A stretch of DNA of 64,000 nt from Candidatus Onthovivens sp. Lineage in GTDB: Bacteria; Bacillota_I; Bacilli_A; RFN20; CAG-826. The position numbers and the translations under genes are program-made. Below are positions 1 through 9,153 of the stretch, one piece after another (the first letter of the stretch is position 1; the number at the start of each line of letters is the position of its first letter). The DNA lies in NCBI GenBank assembly GCA_036746835.1, contig DAIODM010000001.1:281-64280 (forward strand). Direction: 5' to 3'. The notes under the pieces are model-generated. The model saw nothing but the letters and a program-made list of their open reading frames with translations, was not told where the DNA came from and made no database searches.

Positions 1-68
1 GGACAGCCACAAGCTGGACAATATTTTACGCCCTCAGGGACTTCTTTACCACATTTTCTGCAAAACAT
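1..68 (-). CDS. zinc-ribbon domain protein, N-terminal fragment (continues off the window)
   Basis: The reverse complement reads ATG TTT TGC AGA AAA TGT GGT..., giving MFCRKCGKEVPEGVKYCPACG with two CxxC pairs. A GAAAGGA RBS-like element lies at ~77-83. The ORF is truncated, so it is absent from the ORF track. Confidence 0.45.
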   Translation of the reverse strand, partial: MFCRKCGKEVPEGVKYCPACGC

Positions 69-180
69 ATAATTTTTCCTTTCAACCATTTAATTGGTTA
101 ACTAAATTATAATACAAACTCTTTAATATTAGTTAGTTTTTATATAAAATATAGAAGGTAAATAAAAGGAGTAATTAATT

Positions 181-939
181 ATGGGAAAAACCTATGAATT
201 AGTTTTGATTAGACATGGTGAATCAGAATGGAATAAATTAAATTTATTCACCGGTTGGACTGATGTTGATTTAAGTGAAAAAGGTGTTGAAGAAGCAAAG
301 AATGCTGGCTTACTTTTAAAGAAAGAAGGCTTCCATTTTGATGTTGCTTATACTTCTTATTTAAGAAGAGCTATTCATACATTAAATTATGTTTTAGCAG
401 GTATGGAAGAAGAATTCATTCCTGTTTATAAATCATGGAAGTTAAACGAAAAGCATTATGGTGCTCTTCAAGGATTTAATAAAGCTGATACAGCTTTAAA
501 ATATGGTGATGAACAAGTTAAATTATGGAGAAGAAGTTATGATGTTCCAGCTCCAGCAGTTGAAGAAAATGATCCAAGAAATCCAGCTTTACAAGCTCCA
601 TATAGAGATGTTGATAAGAAATTATTACCACGTACTGAGTGTTTAAAAGATACTGTCGAAAGAGTTGTTCCATATTTCGAAGAAGAAATTAAACCTATGA
701 TTAAGAGTGGTAAGAGAGTAATTATTGCTGCTCATGGCAATAGTTTAAGAGGTTTAGTTAAATATCTTGAGAAGATTAGTGATGCTGATATTGTTAATCT
801 TAATATTCCAACAGGCGTTCCTCTTGTCTATGAACTTGATGAAAAATTCAATGTTGTTAGTAAGAGATATTTAGGCGATCAAGCTGCAATTCAAGCTGCT
901 ATGAACGCTGTTGCTAATCAAGGCAAAGCCAAGAAATAA
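181..939 (+). CDS. gpmA: 2,3-bisphosphoglycerate-dependent phosphoglycerate mutase
   Basis: 252 aa with the N-terminal RHGESEWN phosphohistidine motif and the downstream AAHGNSLR motif. An AAGGAG RBS lies at 166-171. Confidence 0.93.
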   Translation: MGKTYELVLIRHGESEWNKLNLFTGWTDVDLSEKGVEEAKNAGLLLKKEGFHFDVAYTSYLRRAIHTLNYVLAGMEEEFIPVYKSWKLNEKHYGALQGFNKADTALKYGDEQVKLWRRSYDVPAPAVEENDPRNPALQAPYRDVDKKLLPRTECLKDTVERVVPYFEEEIKPMIKSGKRVIIAAHGNSLRGLVKYLEKISDADIVNLNIPTGVPLVYELDEKFNVVSKRYLGDQAAIQAAMNAVANQGKAKK

Positions 940-945
940 CAATTT

Positions 946-976
946 AAAACTGTAACATCTAGTTACAGTTTTTTGT
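946..976 (+). terminator. rho-independent terminator after gpmA
   Basis: Stem ACTGTAAC (949-956) pairs with GTTACAGT (962-969) and is followed by a T-run at 970-975. Confidence 0.8.
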
Positions 977-994
977 TGGTTGTATAATAAATTC

Positions 995-1555
995 ATGAAT
1001 AAAAACAATGTACTTATAACAGGTTTTCTTCCGTTTTTAAATAATGACACCAATCCAACTGAAATAATTGTTAAAAAGTTGGCTTCTTTAGGATATAAAA
1101 CATTAATTATTGATGTTAATTATGAGAGCTCAGCAAAATCAATCAAAAGTTATGTTGATACTGATAAAAACATTAAATTTATATTGTCTTTAGGATTAGC
1201 AAATTCTAGAAAAAAGGTATCAATTGAAGAGTGCGCTTATAATGAATATAATCGAAAAACACCTGATAATGCTGGGTATATTCCTAAAAGTAAAATTATT
1301 GATAGTAAATTTCCATCAAAAAAAGAAACTAGAATAAACGCTGAAGATTTAGTAAATCGTTTGAATTCACTTGGATACAATTGTGAACTATCAATAGATC
1401 CTGGAAGATATTTATGCAACTATGTTTATTTTAATAATCTTGTTAACTTGAATGAAAATTCTTTATTTGTACATTTTCCAAATTTTAAGTCAAAAGAAGA
1501 ACTAGATTATGGTGTTAAAATTGTCATATCGATAGTTGAACAACTGTTCAACTGA
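995..1555 (+). CDS. pcp: pyrrolidone-carboxylate (pyroglutamyl) peptidase I-like
   Basis: VLITGFLPF N-terminus, a Glu in SIEECAYNE, a Cys in PGRYLCNYVYF and a His in LFVHFP, spaced like the Pcp catalytic triad. The track start at 980 is a TTG; the in-frame ATG at 995 is preferred. The stop is TGA. Confidence 0.7.
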   Translation: MNKNNVLITGFLPFLNNDTNPTEIIVKKLASLGYKTLIIDVNYESSAKSIKSYVDTDKNIKFILSLGLANSRKKVSIEECAYNEYNRKTPDNAGYIPKSKIIDSKFPSKKETRINAEDLVNRLNSLGYNCELSIDPGRYLCNYVYFNNLVNLNENSLFVHFPNFKSKEELDYGVKIVISIVEQLFN

Positions 1556-1578
1556 TCAAAAAGAAGGGGTTATATAGT

Positions 1579-1971
1579 ATGAATTCAGAAATTATTCTAA
1601 CTAATATGTGTATGCTTTATGATTCTCATGGAAAAATTTTAGTTCAAGATAGAGTTAAAAGTGACTGGCCAGGAATTAACTTTCCAGGTGGTCATGTTGA
1701 ATATAATGAATCTTTAGAAGAATCATGTATTCGTGAAATGAAAGAAGAGACAGGATTAACAGTTTCTAAACCTGAATTGGTTGGAGTTTACGAGTGGAAT
1801 CTTCCAAAAGATAAAGTTCGTCATCTTGCGATTTTATATAGAAGTAATAATTATAGTGGTGAACTTAAAAGTAGTGATGAAGGAAAAATGTTTTGGATTA
1901 ATCCTAGTGATGCTAAAAAATACAAACAATCTGTTGATTTTGATAAGATTCTTGAAATTATGTTTAAATAA
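1579..1971 (+). CDS. NUDIX hydrolase
   Basis: Perfect Nudix box, G-x5-E-x7-REUxEExGU, in GHVEYNESLEESCIREMKEETGL. An AAGGGG RBS lies upstream. Confidence 0.85.
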   Translation: MNSEIILTNMCMLYDSHGKILVQDRVKSDWPGINFPGGHVEYNESLEESCIREMKEETGLTVSKPELVGVYEWNLPKDKVRHLAILYRSNNYSGELKSSDEGKMFWINPSDAKKYKQSVDFDKILEIMFK

Positions 1972-1972
1972 T

Positions 1973-2006
1973 AAAAGCTCTACAGCTTACTCTGTAGAGC
2001 TTTTTT
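1973..2006. terminator. bidirectional terminator between the NUDIX gene and thrS
   Basis: Stem GCTCTACAG (1977-1985) pairs with CTGTAGAGC (1992-2000), flanked by an A-run on one side and a T-run on the other. Confidence 0.85.
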
Positions 2007-2036
2007 ATATTAAGGAGAAATTATCCTATAATATCT

Positions 2037-3962
2037 TTATAAAATAGACTTTTTTGGATCAACAAGTAATGCCTTTGATTCAATTTCTTCATTAATCATC
2101 TTTAAGAAATCATCGACAGAAACAGTAACTTGTTTTTCACTACCATATTTTCTATAAGTGACAGTTCCATTTTCAACTTCTTTATCACCGATAACAAGTG
2201 AGTATGGAATCTTCATGATTTGAGCATTTCTAATACGATATGCTAATTTTTCTTCGCTATCATCAAGCTCAACTCTTAATTTATTAGCTTTGAATTTATC
2301 ATAAAGTTTCTTACTGTAATCTAAATGATATTGATTGTTGACTGGAAGAATCTTAATTTGAACAGGAGTGCACCAAGTTGGGAAGGCACCAGCAAAATTC
2401 TCTGTAATAACACCAATAAATCTTTCAATACTACCAAGCATAGCTCTATGAAGCATGATTGGTTGTTTTTTAGTTCCATCTTTATCAATATAAGTGCAGT
2501 TAAATCTTTGAGGTAAGTTCATATCAAGTTGAATAGTTCCGCATTGCCAAACTCTACCCATACAATCTTTAAGTTTGAAATCAAGTTTTGGTCCATAGAA
2601 TGCGCCATCACCTGGATTAATCTTAAATTCCTTACCACTAGCTAAGCAGGCTTCCTTTAAAATTGCTTCACTCTTATTCCAAAGATCGATTGATCCAATA
2701 TATCCTTCTGTTGGACGTGTTGAAAGTTCAATACGATAATCAAGTCCGAATAAAGTGTAGCAATAATCATATAATCTAATTAAATTCTTAATTTCACTTT
2801 CAAGTTGATCTTCACGACAATAAATGTGGGCATCATCTTGAGTAAAGCAACGAACACGGAATAAACCATTTAAAGCGCCACTTGCTTCATGTCTATGAAC
2901 AAGACCCATTTCAGCAAGTCTAATTGGTAAATCCTTATATGAGTGAATGCCTGAATTATAAACAAGAATACTACCTGGACAGTTCATTGGTTTAATTGCG
3001 AACTCTTTATCATCAATCTTAGTAGTGTACATGTTCTCTTTGTAGTGATCCCAGTGGCCACTAGTAACCCAAAGCTCCTTACTTAAAATGATAGGAGTAT
3101 TGATTACTTTATATCCTTCTTTATCTTGAAGGTCATACCACCAAGCTTCGATATTTCTTCTTAAAGTCCAACCATTTGGTAACCAGAATGGGAATCCTGG
3201 ACCGAATTCACTAATCATAAATAAGCCCATATCACGGCCAATTTTACGGTGATCTCTCTTTTTAGCTTCTTCTTCGACAGCTAAACGATGATCCAAATCT
3301 TCTTTTGACCAACAAGAAAGACCATAAATACGAGTTAATTGCTTATTTTTAGAATCGCCTCTCCAATAAGCACCAGCTAAATTCTTAACTTTAAAGAATT
3401 TAATATAACCAGTTGATGGAACATGAACTCCAAGGCAAAGATCAAACCAATCACCTTGTTTATAAATGCTAATTTCACCATCAAGTTCTTTAATCATCTC
3501 AGTCTTATATGGATTATCTTTAAAGAGTTCAAGAGCTTTTTCTTTTGAAACAACTTCTCGAATAATGTATTCATTCTTTTTGCTAAGTTCTTTCATCTTA
3601 GCTTCAATCTTTGGTAAATCTTCTTCTTTTAAAACTGAAGTTCCAAAATCGATATCATAATAGTAACCATCATCAATAGCTGGTCCAATTGTGAATAAAG
3701 CATTTGGGAATAATTCGTGGATTGCTTGTGCCATTAAATGACTAGTGGAGTGATTCAAAATGTGGAACGCTTCAGGTGAATCATTTAAAATAAGTTCGAA
3801 TTTACCTTCACTTTTAAGTGGAGCAAATAAATCATATTCTTGTCCATCTAACTTGTAAGCAACTGCTTTTTTCTTGTTATCAGCGCTTAAAGCAAGGGCA
3901 ACATCCATTCCGTTTGCACCATCTTTAACTTCAACTTCTTTTTCGTTAACAATAACTTTCAT
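2037..3962 (-). CDS. thrS: threonine--tRNA ligase
   Basis: 641 aa with a TGS-like N-terminus, the second-additional-domain HxxxH motif (HSTSHLMAQA), a class II core and an anticodon-binding C-terminus. A Thr-specifier T-box precedes it. Confidence 0.95.
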   Translation of the reverse strand: MKVIVNEKEVEVKDGANGMDVALALSADNKKKAVAYKLDGQEYDLFAPLKSEGKFELILNDSPEAFHILNHSTSHLMAQAIHELFPNALFTIGPAIDDGYYYDIDFGTSVLKEEDLPKIEAKMKELSKKNEYIIREVVSKEKALELFKDNPYKTEMIKELDGEISIYKQGDWFDLCLGVHVPSTGYIKFFKVKNLAGAYWRGDSKNKQLTRIYGLSCWSKEDLDHRLAVEEEAKKRDHRKIGRDMGLFMISEFGPGFPFWLPNGWTLRRNIEAWWYDLQDKEGYKVINTPIILSKELWVTSGHWDHYKENMYTTKIDDKEFAIKPMNCPGSILVYNSGIHSYKDLPIRLAEMGLVHRHEASGALNGLFRVRCFTQDDAHIYCREDQLESEIKNLIRLYDYCYTLFGLDYRIELSTRPTEGYIGSIDLWNKSEAILKEACLASGKEFKINPGDGAFYGPKLDFKLKDCMGRVWQCGTIQLDMNLPQRFNCTYIDKDGTKKQPIMLHRAMLGSIERFIGVITENFAGAFPTWCTPVQIKILPVNNQYHLDYSKKLYDKFKANKLRVELDDSEEKLAYRIRNAQIMKIPYSLVIGDKEVENGTVTYRKYGSEKQVTVSVDDFLKMINEEIESKALLVDPKKSIL

Positions 3963-3983
3963 ATTTTTTCTCCTTTTCTAAGG

Positions 3984-4207
3984 ATAAAAAAATCCTTAGA
4001 AATAAATCTAAGGACGCTATTTACGTGGTACCACCTTAGTTATAGAGAAGATACAAGATCTCTATCACTCTTAGTTATAGTTTTTGACTAGGGAAACCTT
4101 AACCTTTGCTCGGAAGTGGTAATCATTAACTCTTTTTAAGAAACCTTGCATCACAAATGGTTTCGTCTCTTTTAAAAAGCGTTTAATAATCTTTTCTTCT
4201 TCAACGC
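3984..4207 (-). promoter_or_regulatory. T-box leader, Thr specifier (ACC)
   Basis: On the minus strand the T-box sequence AACTAAGGTGGTACCACG lies at 4023-4040. The terminator TCCTTAGA-TTTATT-TCTAAGGA plus a U-run lies at 3984-4014. The specifier-loop context is GAUU-ACC-A, with ACC at 4118-4120. A candidate promoter, TTGCTT-16-TAAAAT, sits just upstream. Confidence 0.88.
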
Positions 4208-4310
4208 TATAATTATTTTATACCTATTCATTAATAAAGCAATAATGAGAATTGAACTTTTGATTTGAATCATTTTGTTTCTATAATCTATTTTTGATAA
4301 TATATAAATT

Positions 4311-5264
4311 ATGTTAAGAACTATTTATTTTGCTGGAGGATGCTTTTGGGGAACACAAAAGTTTTTCGATTCAATTAAGGGCGTAACCTATACTGAAGTT
4401 GGCTATACAAATGGTCTTAAAACTATAATTAATCCTAGTTATGAAGATGTTAAAACAGGAGAAACAGGTTTTAAAGAGACTGTTTTAGTCGAATTTGACG
4501 ATAAAATGGTTAGTGTTAATTTTTTGATCCATGCTTTCTTTTCAATAATTGATCCAAACTTAGTTAATCAACAAGGACACGATATTGGTACTCAATATCA
4601 ATCTGGCATTTTTTATGAAAATGATGATGATGAGGCAAAAATTGTTAGTAAAGCACTTAGAGCAAGAATCGCTGAAAAATTCAATAAATGTTCAGTTATA
4701 GTTGAGCCTATTAAGAACTTTTATAAAGCTGAAGATTATCATCAAAAATATTTAGATAAGAATCCTAATGGATATTGCCATTTAAATAATGATGCTTTTA
4801 ATCGAATAAAAGCTGCTGTTTTTGATCCAAAACCATATGAAGTTTTATTAACAGAAAGTTTTGATGAAAACGCTGATACTTTTGATTATTTAGGTTTTTC
4901 AGAAGGTCCATATAAAAATAAAACATTTATTTTTTCAAAAGAAAAAGGTCTTTTTGTTGATGCTTTAACAAGTGAACCTTTATTTTCTAGTAAAGACAAA
5001 GTTTTAACAAATTATGGATATTTAACTTTTTCAAAACCAATTGATCCTAATGTAGTTCTTGAAAAAATAGATAATCGCTTTGGAATAAATAGAATTGAAA
5101 TTTTAGGTAGAAGTAGTTGTGCTCATATTGGCTATGTTAATTATGATGATGAATTTTCACCAACTGGCGTTTCATATAAAGTAAATACATGTGCTGTTCG
5201 TTTTATTAGAGTAGATGATATGAAAAGTGAAGGATATGGTGATTTTATTCGTTTTGTAGATTAA
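4311..5264 (+). CDS. msrA: peptide methionine sulfoxide reductase MsrA fused to a degenerate MsrB-like domain
   Basis: The N-terminal ~165 aa carry the GGCFWG active site and the DYHQKYL motif. The C-terminal ~150 aa align by eye to Firmicutes MsrB (PLFSSKDK, FSKPI, AVRFI), but the catalytic positions are substituted. Confidence 0.85.
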   Translation: MLRTIYFAGGCFWGTQKFFDSIKGVTYTEVGYTNGLKTIINPSYEDVKTGETGFKETVLVEFDDKMVSVNFLIHAFFSIIDPNLVNQQGHDIGTQYQSGIFYENDDDEAKIVSKALRARIAEKFNKCSVIVEPIKNFYKAEDYHQKYLDKNPNGYCHLNNDAFNRIKAAVFDPKPYEVLLTESFDENADTFDYLGFSEGPYKNKTFIFSKEKGLFVDALTSEPLFSSKDKVLTNYGYLTFSKPIDPNVVLEKIDNRFGINRIEILGRSSCAHIGYVNYDDEFSPTGVSYKVNTCAVRFIRVDDMKSEGYGDFIRFVD

Positions 5265-5292
5265 AAAAAGAACTCATAACGAGTTCTTTTTA
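5264..5292. terminator. bidirectional terminator between msrA(B) and pyk
   Basis: Stem GAACTC (5270-5275) pairs with GAGTTC (5281-5286), flanked by an A-run and a T-run. Confidence 0.75.
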
Positions 5293-5293
5293 T

Positions 5294-6751
5294 TTATAAT
5301 AAATCTCTATTTTGAGGAAGTTGAATTATACGCATGAAGTTTGTCTTACCGGCACCGGTAGGAGTTCCTCCTGCGATAATAACTTGGTCACCAGGTTGAA
5401 GTCCAAGTTCTTTAGCATGAACAATTGCAAGAACTTCCATATCCTCAATAAAATCTGGCATACGAGTTGGAATATAAGTGGAGTAAATACCCCAATATAA
5501 ACCATTTTGTAAGCAGGTTTTTTCTTTGTTTGAAATAGAAAGTATTGGACAACATGGTCTTGCTTTACTAATACGACGACTGCTTGCACCAGTTTCAGTG
5601 AAACTTACAATAAGTTTTGCGTTAATTAATTTAGCAGTATTAGCAATTGAGTTAGCAATTGCATCGTTATTATTCTTTTCACTTGAATCATAAGCATCTT
5701 TAGCAAGTTGTTCAAAATTAAGTTGCTTTTCCATAGTTGCAGCAATTCTAGCTTGCATTTGAACTGATTCAACTGGATATTCTCCAGATGCGGATTCAGC
5801 ACTTAACATAACGCAATCACTTGATTCATTAATAGCAGTTGCAACATCGCTTACTTCAGCTCTTGTTGGAATTGGACTATGAGTCATTGAATCAAGCATT
5901 TGTGTAGCAGTAATAACTGGTTTTCCTTCTTTACGGCAAAGATCAATTAATTCTTTTTGAATTAAAGGAACTTCCTCAGGGGGAATTTCAACACCTAAAT
6001 CACCACGAGCGACCATAATTCCATCGCTTTCATCAACGATTTCTTGAATATGATCTAAAGCTTCAACGTTTTCAATTTTTGAAATAATTTTAATTTCTGG
6101 ATGTCCGTGTTCAGTAAGTAAATTACGAATATCTCTGACATCTTGTGCATTTCTTACAAAAGATGCGCTAATAAAATCAACGCTATTATCGCAACCCCAA
6201 ATTAAATCTTGTTTATCTTTATCGCTAATAAAAGGCATACTTAAACGAGCACCGACACAATTGACTCCTTTTTTGCTCCAAAGTTCATGATTATCAAGAG
6301 CTTCACAGATAATTTCTCGATTTTTAGCATCTTTATCTTTAACTAATAAATCAAGTTTTCCATCATCGATTTTAATATGGTTACCAGGTTTACAATCATC
6401 GTATAAATTTGGGAAATTGACACTGATTTTTTCAGGAGTACCTAAAACTTCAGTCATTGAAATTCTAACAGTGGAACCTTTTTTAATTTGAATCTTATCG
6501 TTAGTCATATTATGGCAACGAATTTCAGGTCCTTTAGTATCAAGCATTACAGGAATAAAAACACCTTCTTTTTCAAGATTTCTAGCTTTTTGTAACTTAG
6601 CTAAATGCTCATCGTAAGTTCCATGACTAAAATTAAGACGCATACAAGCCATACCATTCTCGACTAAAGTACGAATCATTTCGGTAGTATCGCTTGCTGG
6701 GCCAATAGTGCAAACTATTTTAGTGTTCTTTTTAATATTTGTTTGTAACAT
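5294..6751 (-). CDS. pyk: pyruvate kinase
   Basis: 485 aa with the MLDTKGPEIR and MVARGDLGVEIP motifs. It lies immediately downstream of pfkA, the usual Firmicutes arrangement. Confidence 0.95.
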   Translation of the reverse strand: MLQTNIKKNTKIVCTIGPASDTTEMIRTLVENGMACMRLNFSHGTYDEHLAKLQKARNLEKEGVFIPVMLDTKGPEIRCHNMTNDKIQIKKGSTVRISMTEVLGTPEKISVNFPNLYDDCKPGNHIKIDDGKLDLLVKDKDAKNREIICEALDNHELWSKKGVNCVGARLSMPFISDKDKQDLIWGCDNSVDFISASFVRNAQDVRDIRNLLTEHGHPEIKIISKIENVEALDHIQEIVDESDGIMVARGDLGVEIPPEEVPLIQKELIDLCRKEGKPVITATQMLDSMTHSPIPTRAEVSDVATAINESSDCVMLSAESASGEYPVESVQMQARIAATMEKQLNFEQLAKDAYDSSEKNNNDAIANSIANTAKLINAKLIVSFTETGASSRRISKARPCCPILSISNKEKTCLQNGLYWGIYSTYIPTRMPDFIEDMEVLAIVHAKELGLQPGDQVIIAGGTPTGAGKTNFMRIIQLPQNRDLL

Positions 6752-6761
6752 AATAATTTCC

Positions 6762-7721
6762 CTATTGAATTAAAGCAAAATCATCATAAAGTTCTTCATG
6801 TTTATCACGCGGAGTCTTTAAAGCTTCGTAAATATCTTGATAGTGGAGTTTATTATCAACAATACCAACACAAACTCCGCCAATTCCTTTATCGAGTAAT
6901 TCAACAGCATAAGCACCCATTCTAGTACTATTAAATCTTTCCATAGCACTTGGACGGCCACCTCGTTGAATATAACCTAAAACATCAAGACGAGTATCAA
7001 AACCAGTCTCTTTTGCAATCTTATCAACTAAAGCTTGAGTATCTAAAATCTTTTCACTAACAAGAATTGTTACGTGATCAGGATTAGTTTTCTTTAGTTC
7101 TTTAAGTTTTTTAATTAAATCATCTTGATCAATTGGATGATCACCAGTGATGATAAAATCAGCATGAGTAGCGATACCAGCAAATAAAGTTAAATCTCCG
7201 CATCTATTGCCCATTACTTCGATTACTCCGCATCTATTATGACTAGACATAGTATCAGTAATATCATCAATTGCTCGGACAACAGTGTTTAAAGCAGTAT
7301 CGAAACCAATTGTATAATCAGTTGAAGAAATATCGTTATCAATTGTTCCAGGTAAACCAATACAATTTATTCCTTGTTCGGATAATTTTTTGGCACCCAT
7401 ATAGCTTCCATCGCCACCAATAACAATTAAAGCATCAATACCAATCTTACGAAGAGTGGCAATAGCTTTCTTTTGTACTTCTGGTTCCTTAAATTCAGGA
7501 AGACGTGCAGTTTTAATGACTGTTCCGCCCATTGAAGCACTATATTTTGCATAGTCTCGGTCTACTTTTTCAATTTCGCCTTCGACTAAACCCTTATAAC
7601 CATGTTTAATTACATACATTTCTTTTCCAAGTTTGTAACCGGCTCTAATTGCACCAATCATTGCACAGTTCATTCCAGGTGCATCGCCGCCGCTAGCTAA
7701 AATACCAATTTTCTTAACCAT
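6762..7721 (-). CDS. pfkA: ATP-dependent 6-phosphofructokinase
   Basis: 319 aa with the GGDAPGMN, IGGDGS and PGTIDND motifs. A GAGGCG RBS lies upstream. Confidence 0.95.
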   Translation of the reverse strand: MVKKIGILASGGDAPGMNCAMIGAIRAGYKLGKEMYVIKHGYKGLVEGEIEKVDRDYAKYSASMGGTVIKTARLPEFKEPEVQKKAIATLRKIGIDALIVIGGDGSYMGAKKLSEQGINCIGLPGTIDNDISSTDYTIGFDTALNTVVRAIDDITDTMSSHNRCGVIEVMGNRCGDLTLFAGIATHADFIITGDHPIDQDDLIKKLKELKKTNPDHVTILVSEKILDTQALVDKIAKETGFDTRLDVLGYIQRGGRPSAMERFNSTRMGAYAVELLDKGIGGVCVGIVDNKLHYQDIYEALKTPRDKHEELYDDFALIQ

Positions 7722-7831
7722 AATAATCGCCTCTTTATATTTTTATATTATAATCTATAACTTAATGTTTTTATACAATAAAAAACACGATTTTTTTCCA
7801 TTATAGATAGATTTTTTTACTTTAGTAAAAT

Positions 7832-7845
7832 ACTAGAAAACTACT
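7832..7845 (-). repeat. intergenic motif copy A (exact core AGTAGTTTTCTAGT on the minus strand)
   Basis: The reverse complement of 7832-7845 is AGTAGTTTTCTAGT, set in GCTAGTAGTTTTCTAGTATTTTACT. It lies ~110 nt upstream of the pfkA start, in the pfkA orientation, and abuts a TTTACT-18-TATAAT promoter candidate. Confidence 0.8.
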
Positions 7846-7928
7846 AGCAAACGACTTGTAGATGAAAATTAGTTATTTTTATTAAAAAAAATAGAAATCG
7901 TGTAGTTTGGTTTTTTAATTAGTCTATA

Positions 7929-9152
7929 ATGTTAATACAAATGTTTACTATTGATTCAACTTATCAGTTAAAAAGAAGAGGATTATTATCCCGCGAAGAT
8001 AATGGAATTCTCTATTCGCTTTATTTGCCACTTGTGGGCTACAAAGCTCTTTTTATTTATTGTTTTTTAGTGAATGAATATTCACTTAATAACAAAGATG
8101 GTAAGATTTCTTATTTACTTAATAAATCTGAAATGACGGTTTCTGATTTTTTATTAAACAAAAAATCTCTCGAATCTATCGGATTAATCCAAACTTTAGA
8201 AAAAGATGATAATTATGTTTTTATTTTAAAATCATTTTTAAATCCTGGTGATTTTTTTAATGATCCTGTTTTAAAAGGTTTGTTCGTTAATAAAGTTGGT
8301 GAAGCTGAAGCAATTAAGGTTATGAAACTATATGAAATTGATGATGTTGATTTCAGCAAATATACCGATATAAGTGCTGGTGTTAAAGATTCTTTTAAGA
8401 TTGATTTTGATGCTAAAGATGTTGGTTTAAATGACGATGCTAAACTTGTTACTGTAAATAAAAATGTTATTAAAGATAATTTTGATGATATTAAACTTGT
8501 AGAAATTATTACTAATAAATCTAATATCACAGCTAAAGATTTATCAATTGAAGAAGTTAATGAAATCCATCGTTTAGGGACACTATATGGCCTTAATGAA
8601 GACATAATGGCGAAAATTTTGATTGATGGTTTTTCAAGCAGTCGTGAAAACGGAAAGAAAATTGATTTAGATTTTTGCAATATGCGATGTAAAAAAGAAA
8701 TTTCTAAATATAAAGTCTTTAAACAAAATCATGAAGCATCTATGGTTAATTCGAAAACCCCAATTGCTATTAAATTAAATTATTATGAAGGAACTAGTCC
8801 TCGTGATTTTTTAAAGAGCAAACAATCTGGTGTAGAGCCTATTAAGTCTGATTTAGATATCATTCAATTTTTATCTGAAAATATGGGCTTAAGTAATGGT
8901 GTAATCAATGTAATTTTAGAATATGCATTAATAAAATGTGATCATAAATTAAATCGTAATTATATTGAAAAGATAGCAATTACCATTAAGCGCAAAGGTT
9001 TAAGTGATGCAAATCTTGCATATGGTTATCTTTTTATGGAAGATAAAAATGATAAAACTATGGTAAAGGCAAAGAAAAATATAGATAATGATAATAGTGA
9101 TGGTGATTTAGATGTTAAAAATGTTGATGATTCTTTAGAAAAATTATTATAG
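7929..9152 (+). CDS. dnaB: replication initiation and membrane attachment protein (Firmicutes DnaB/DnaD family, not the helicase)
   Basis: 407 aa. The C-terminal DnaB_2/DnaD-like repeat (GVINVILEYAL...YIEKIAITIKRKGLSDANLA) and the adjacency to dnaI support the call. The start is uncertain (7929 or 7941) and neither has an RBS. Confidence 0.7.
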   Translation: MLIQMFTIDSTYQLKRRGLLSREDNGILYSLYLPLVGYKALFIYCFLVNEYSLNNKDGKISYLLNKSEMTVSDFLLNKKSLESIGLIQTLEKDDNYVFILKSFLNPGDFFNDPVLKGLFVNKVGEAEAIKVMKLYEIDDVDFSKYTDISAGVKDSFKIDFDAKDVGLNDDAKLVTVNKNVIKDNFDDIKLVEIITNKSNITAKDLSIEEVNEIHRLGTLYGLNEDIMAKILIDGFSSSRENGKKIDLDFCNMRCKKEISKYKVFKQNHEASMVNSKTPIAIKLNYYEGTSPRDFLKSKQSGVEPIKSDLDIIQFLSENMGLSNGVINVILEYALIKCDHKLNRNYIEKIAITIKRKGLSDANLAYGYLFMEDKNDKTMVKAKKNIDNDNSDGDLDVKNVDDSLEKLL

Positions 9153-9153
9153 T

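Noticed and set aside
1781-2047. Other short overlapping track ORFs (for example 871-1053, 1237-1419, 1781-2047, 5312-5589, 21319-21561, 28773-29045, 37552-37978, 39323-39637, 41663-41932)
   Set aside because: All are nested in or antisense to genes with strong motif support. They are 60-104 codons long with low-complexity translations, the expected open-frame noise of AT-rich DNA.
8213-8680. 155-aa ORF antisense to the dnaB-like gene
   Set aside because: The ORF lies entirely inside a well-supported coding region on the opposite strand. Its Ser/Leu/Ile/Lys-rich low-complexity translation is typical of the reverse frame of an AT-rich Lys/Asp/Asn-rich gene. It has no RBS and no recognisable motifs.
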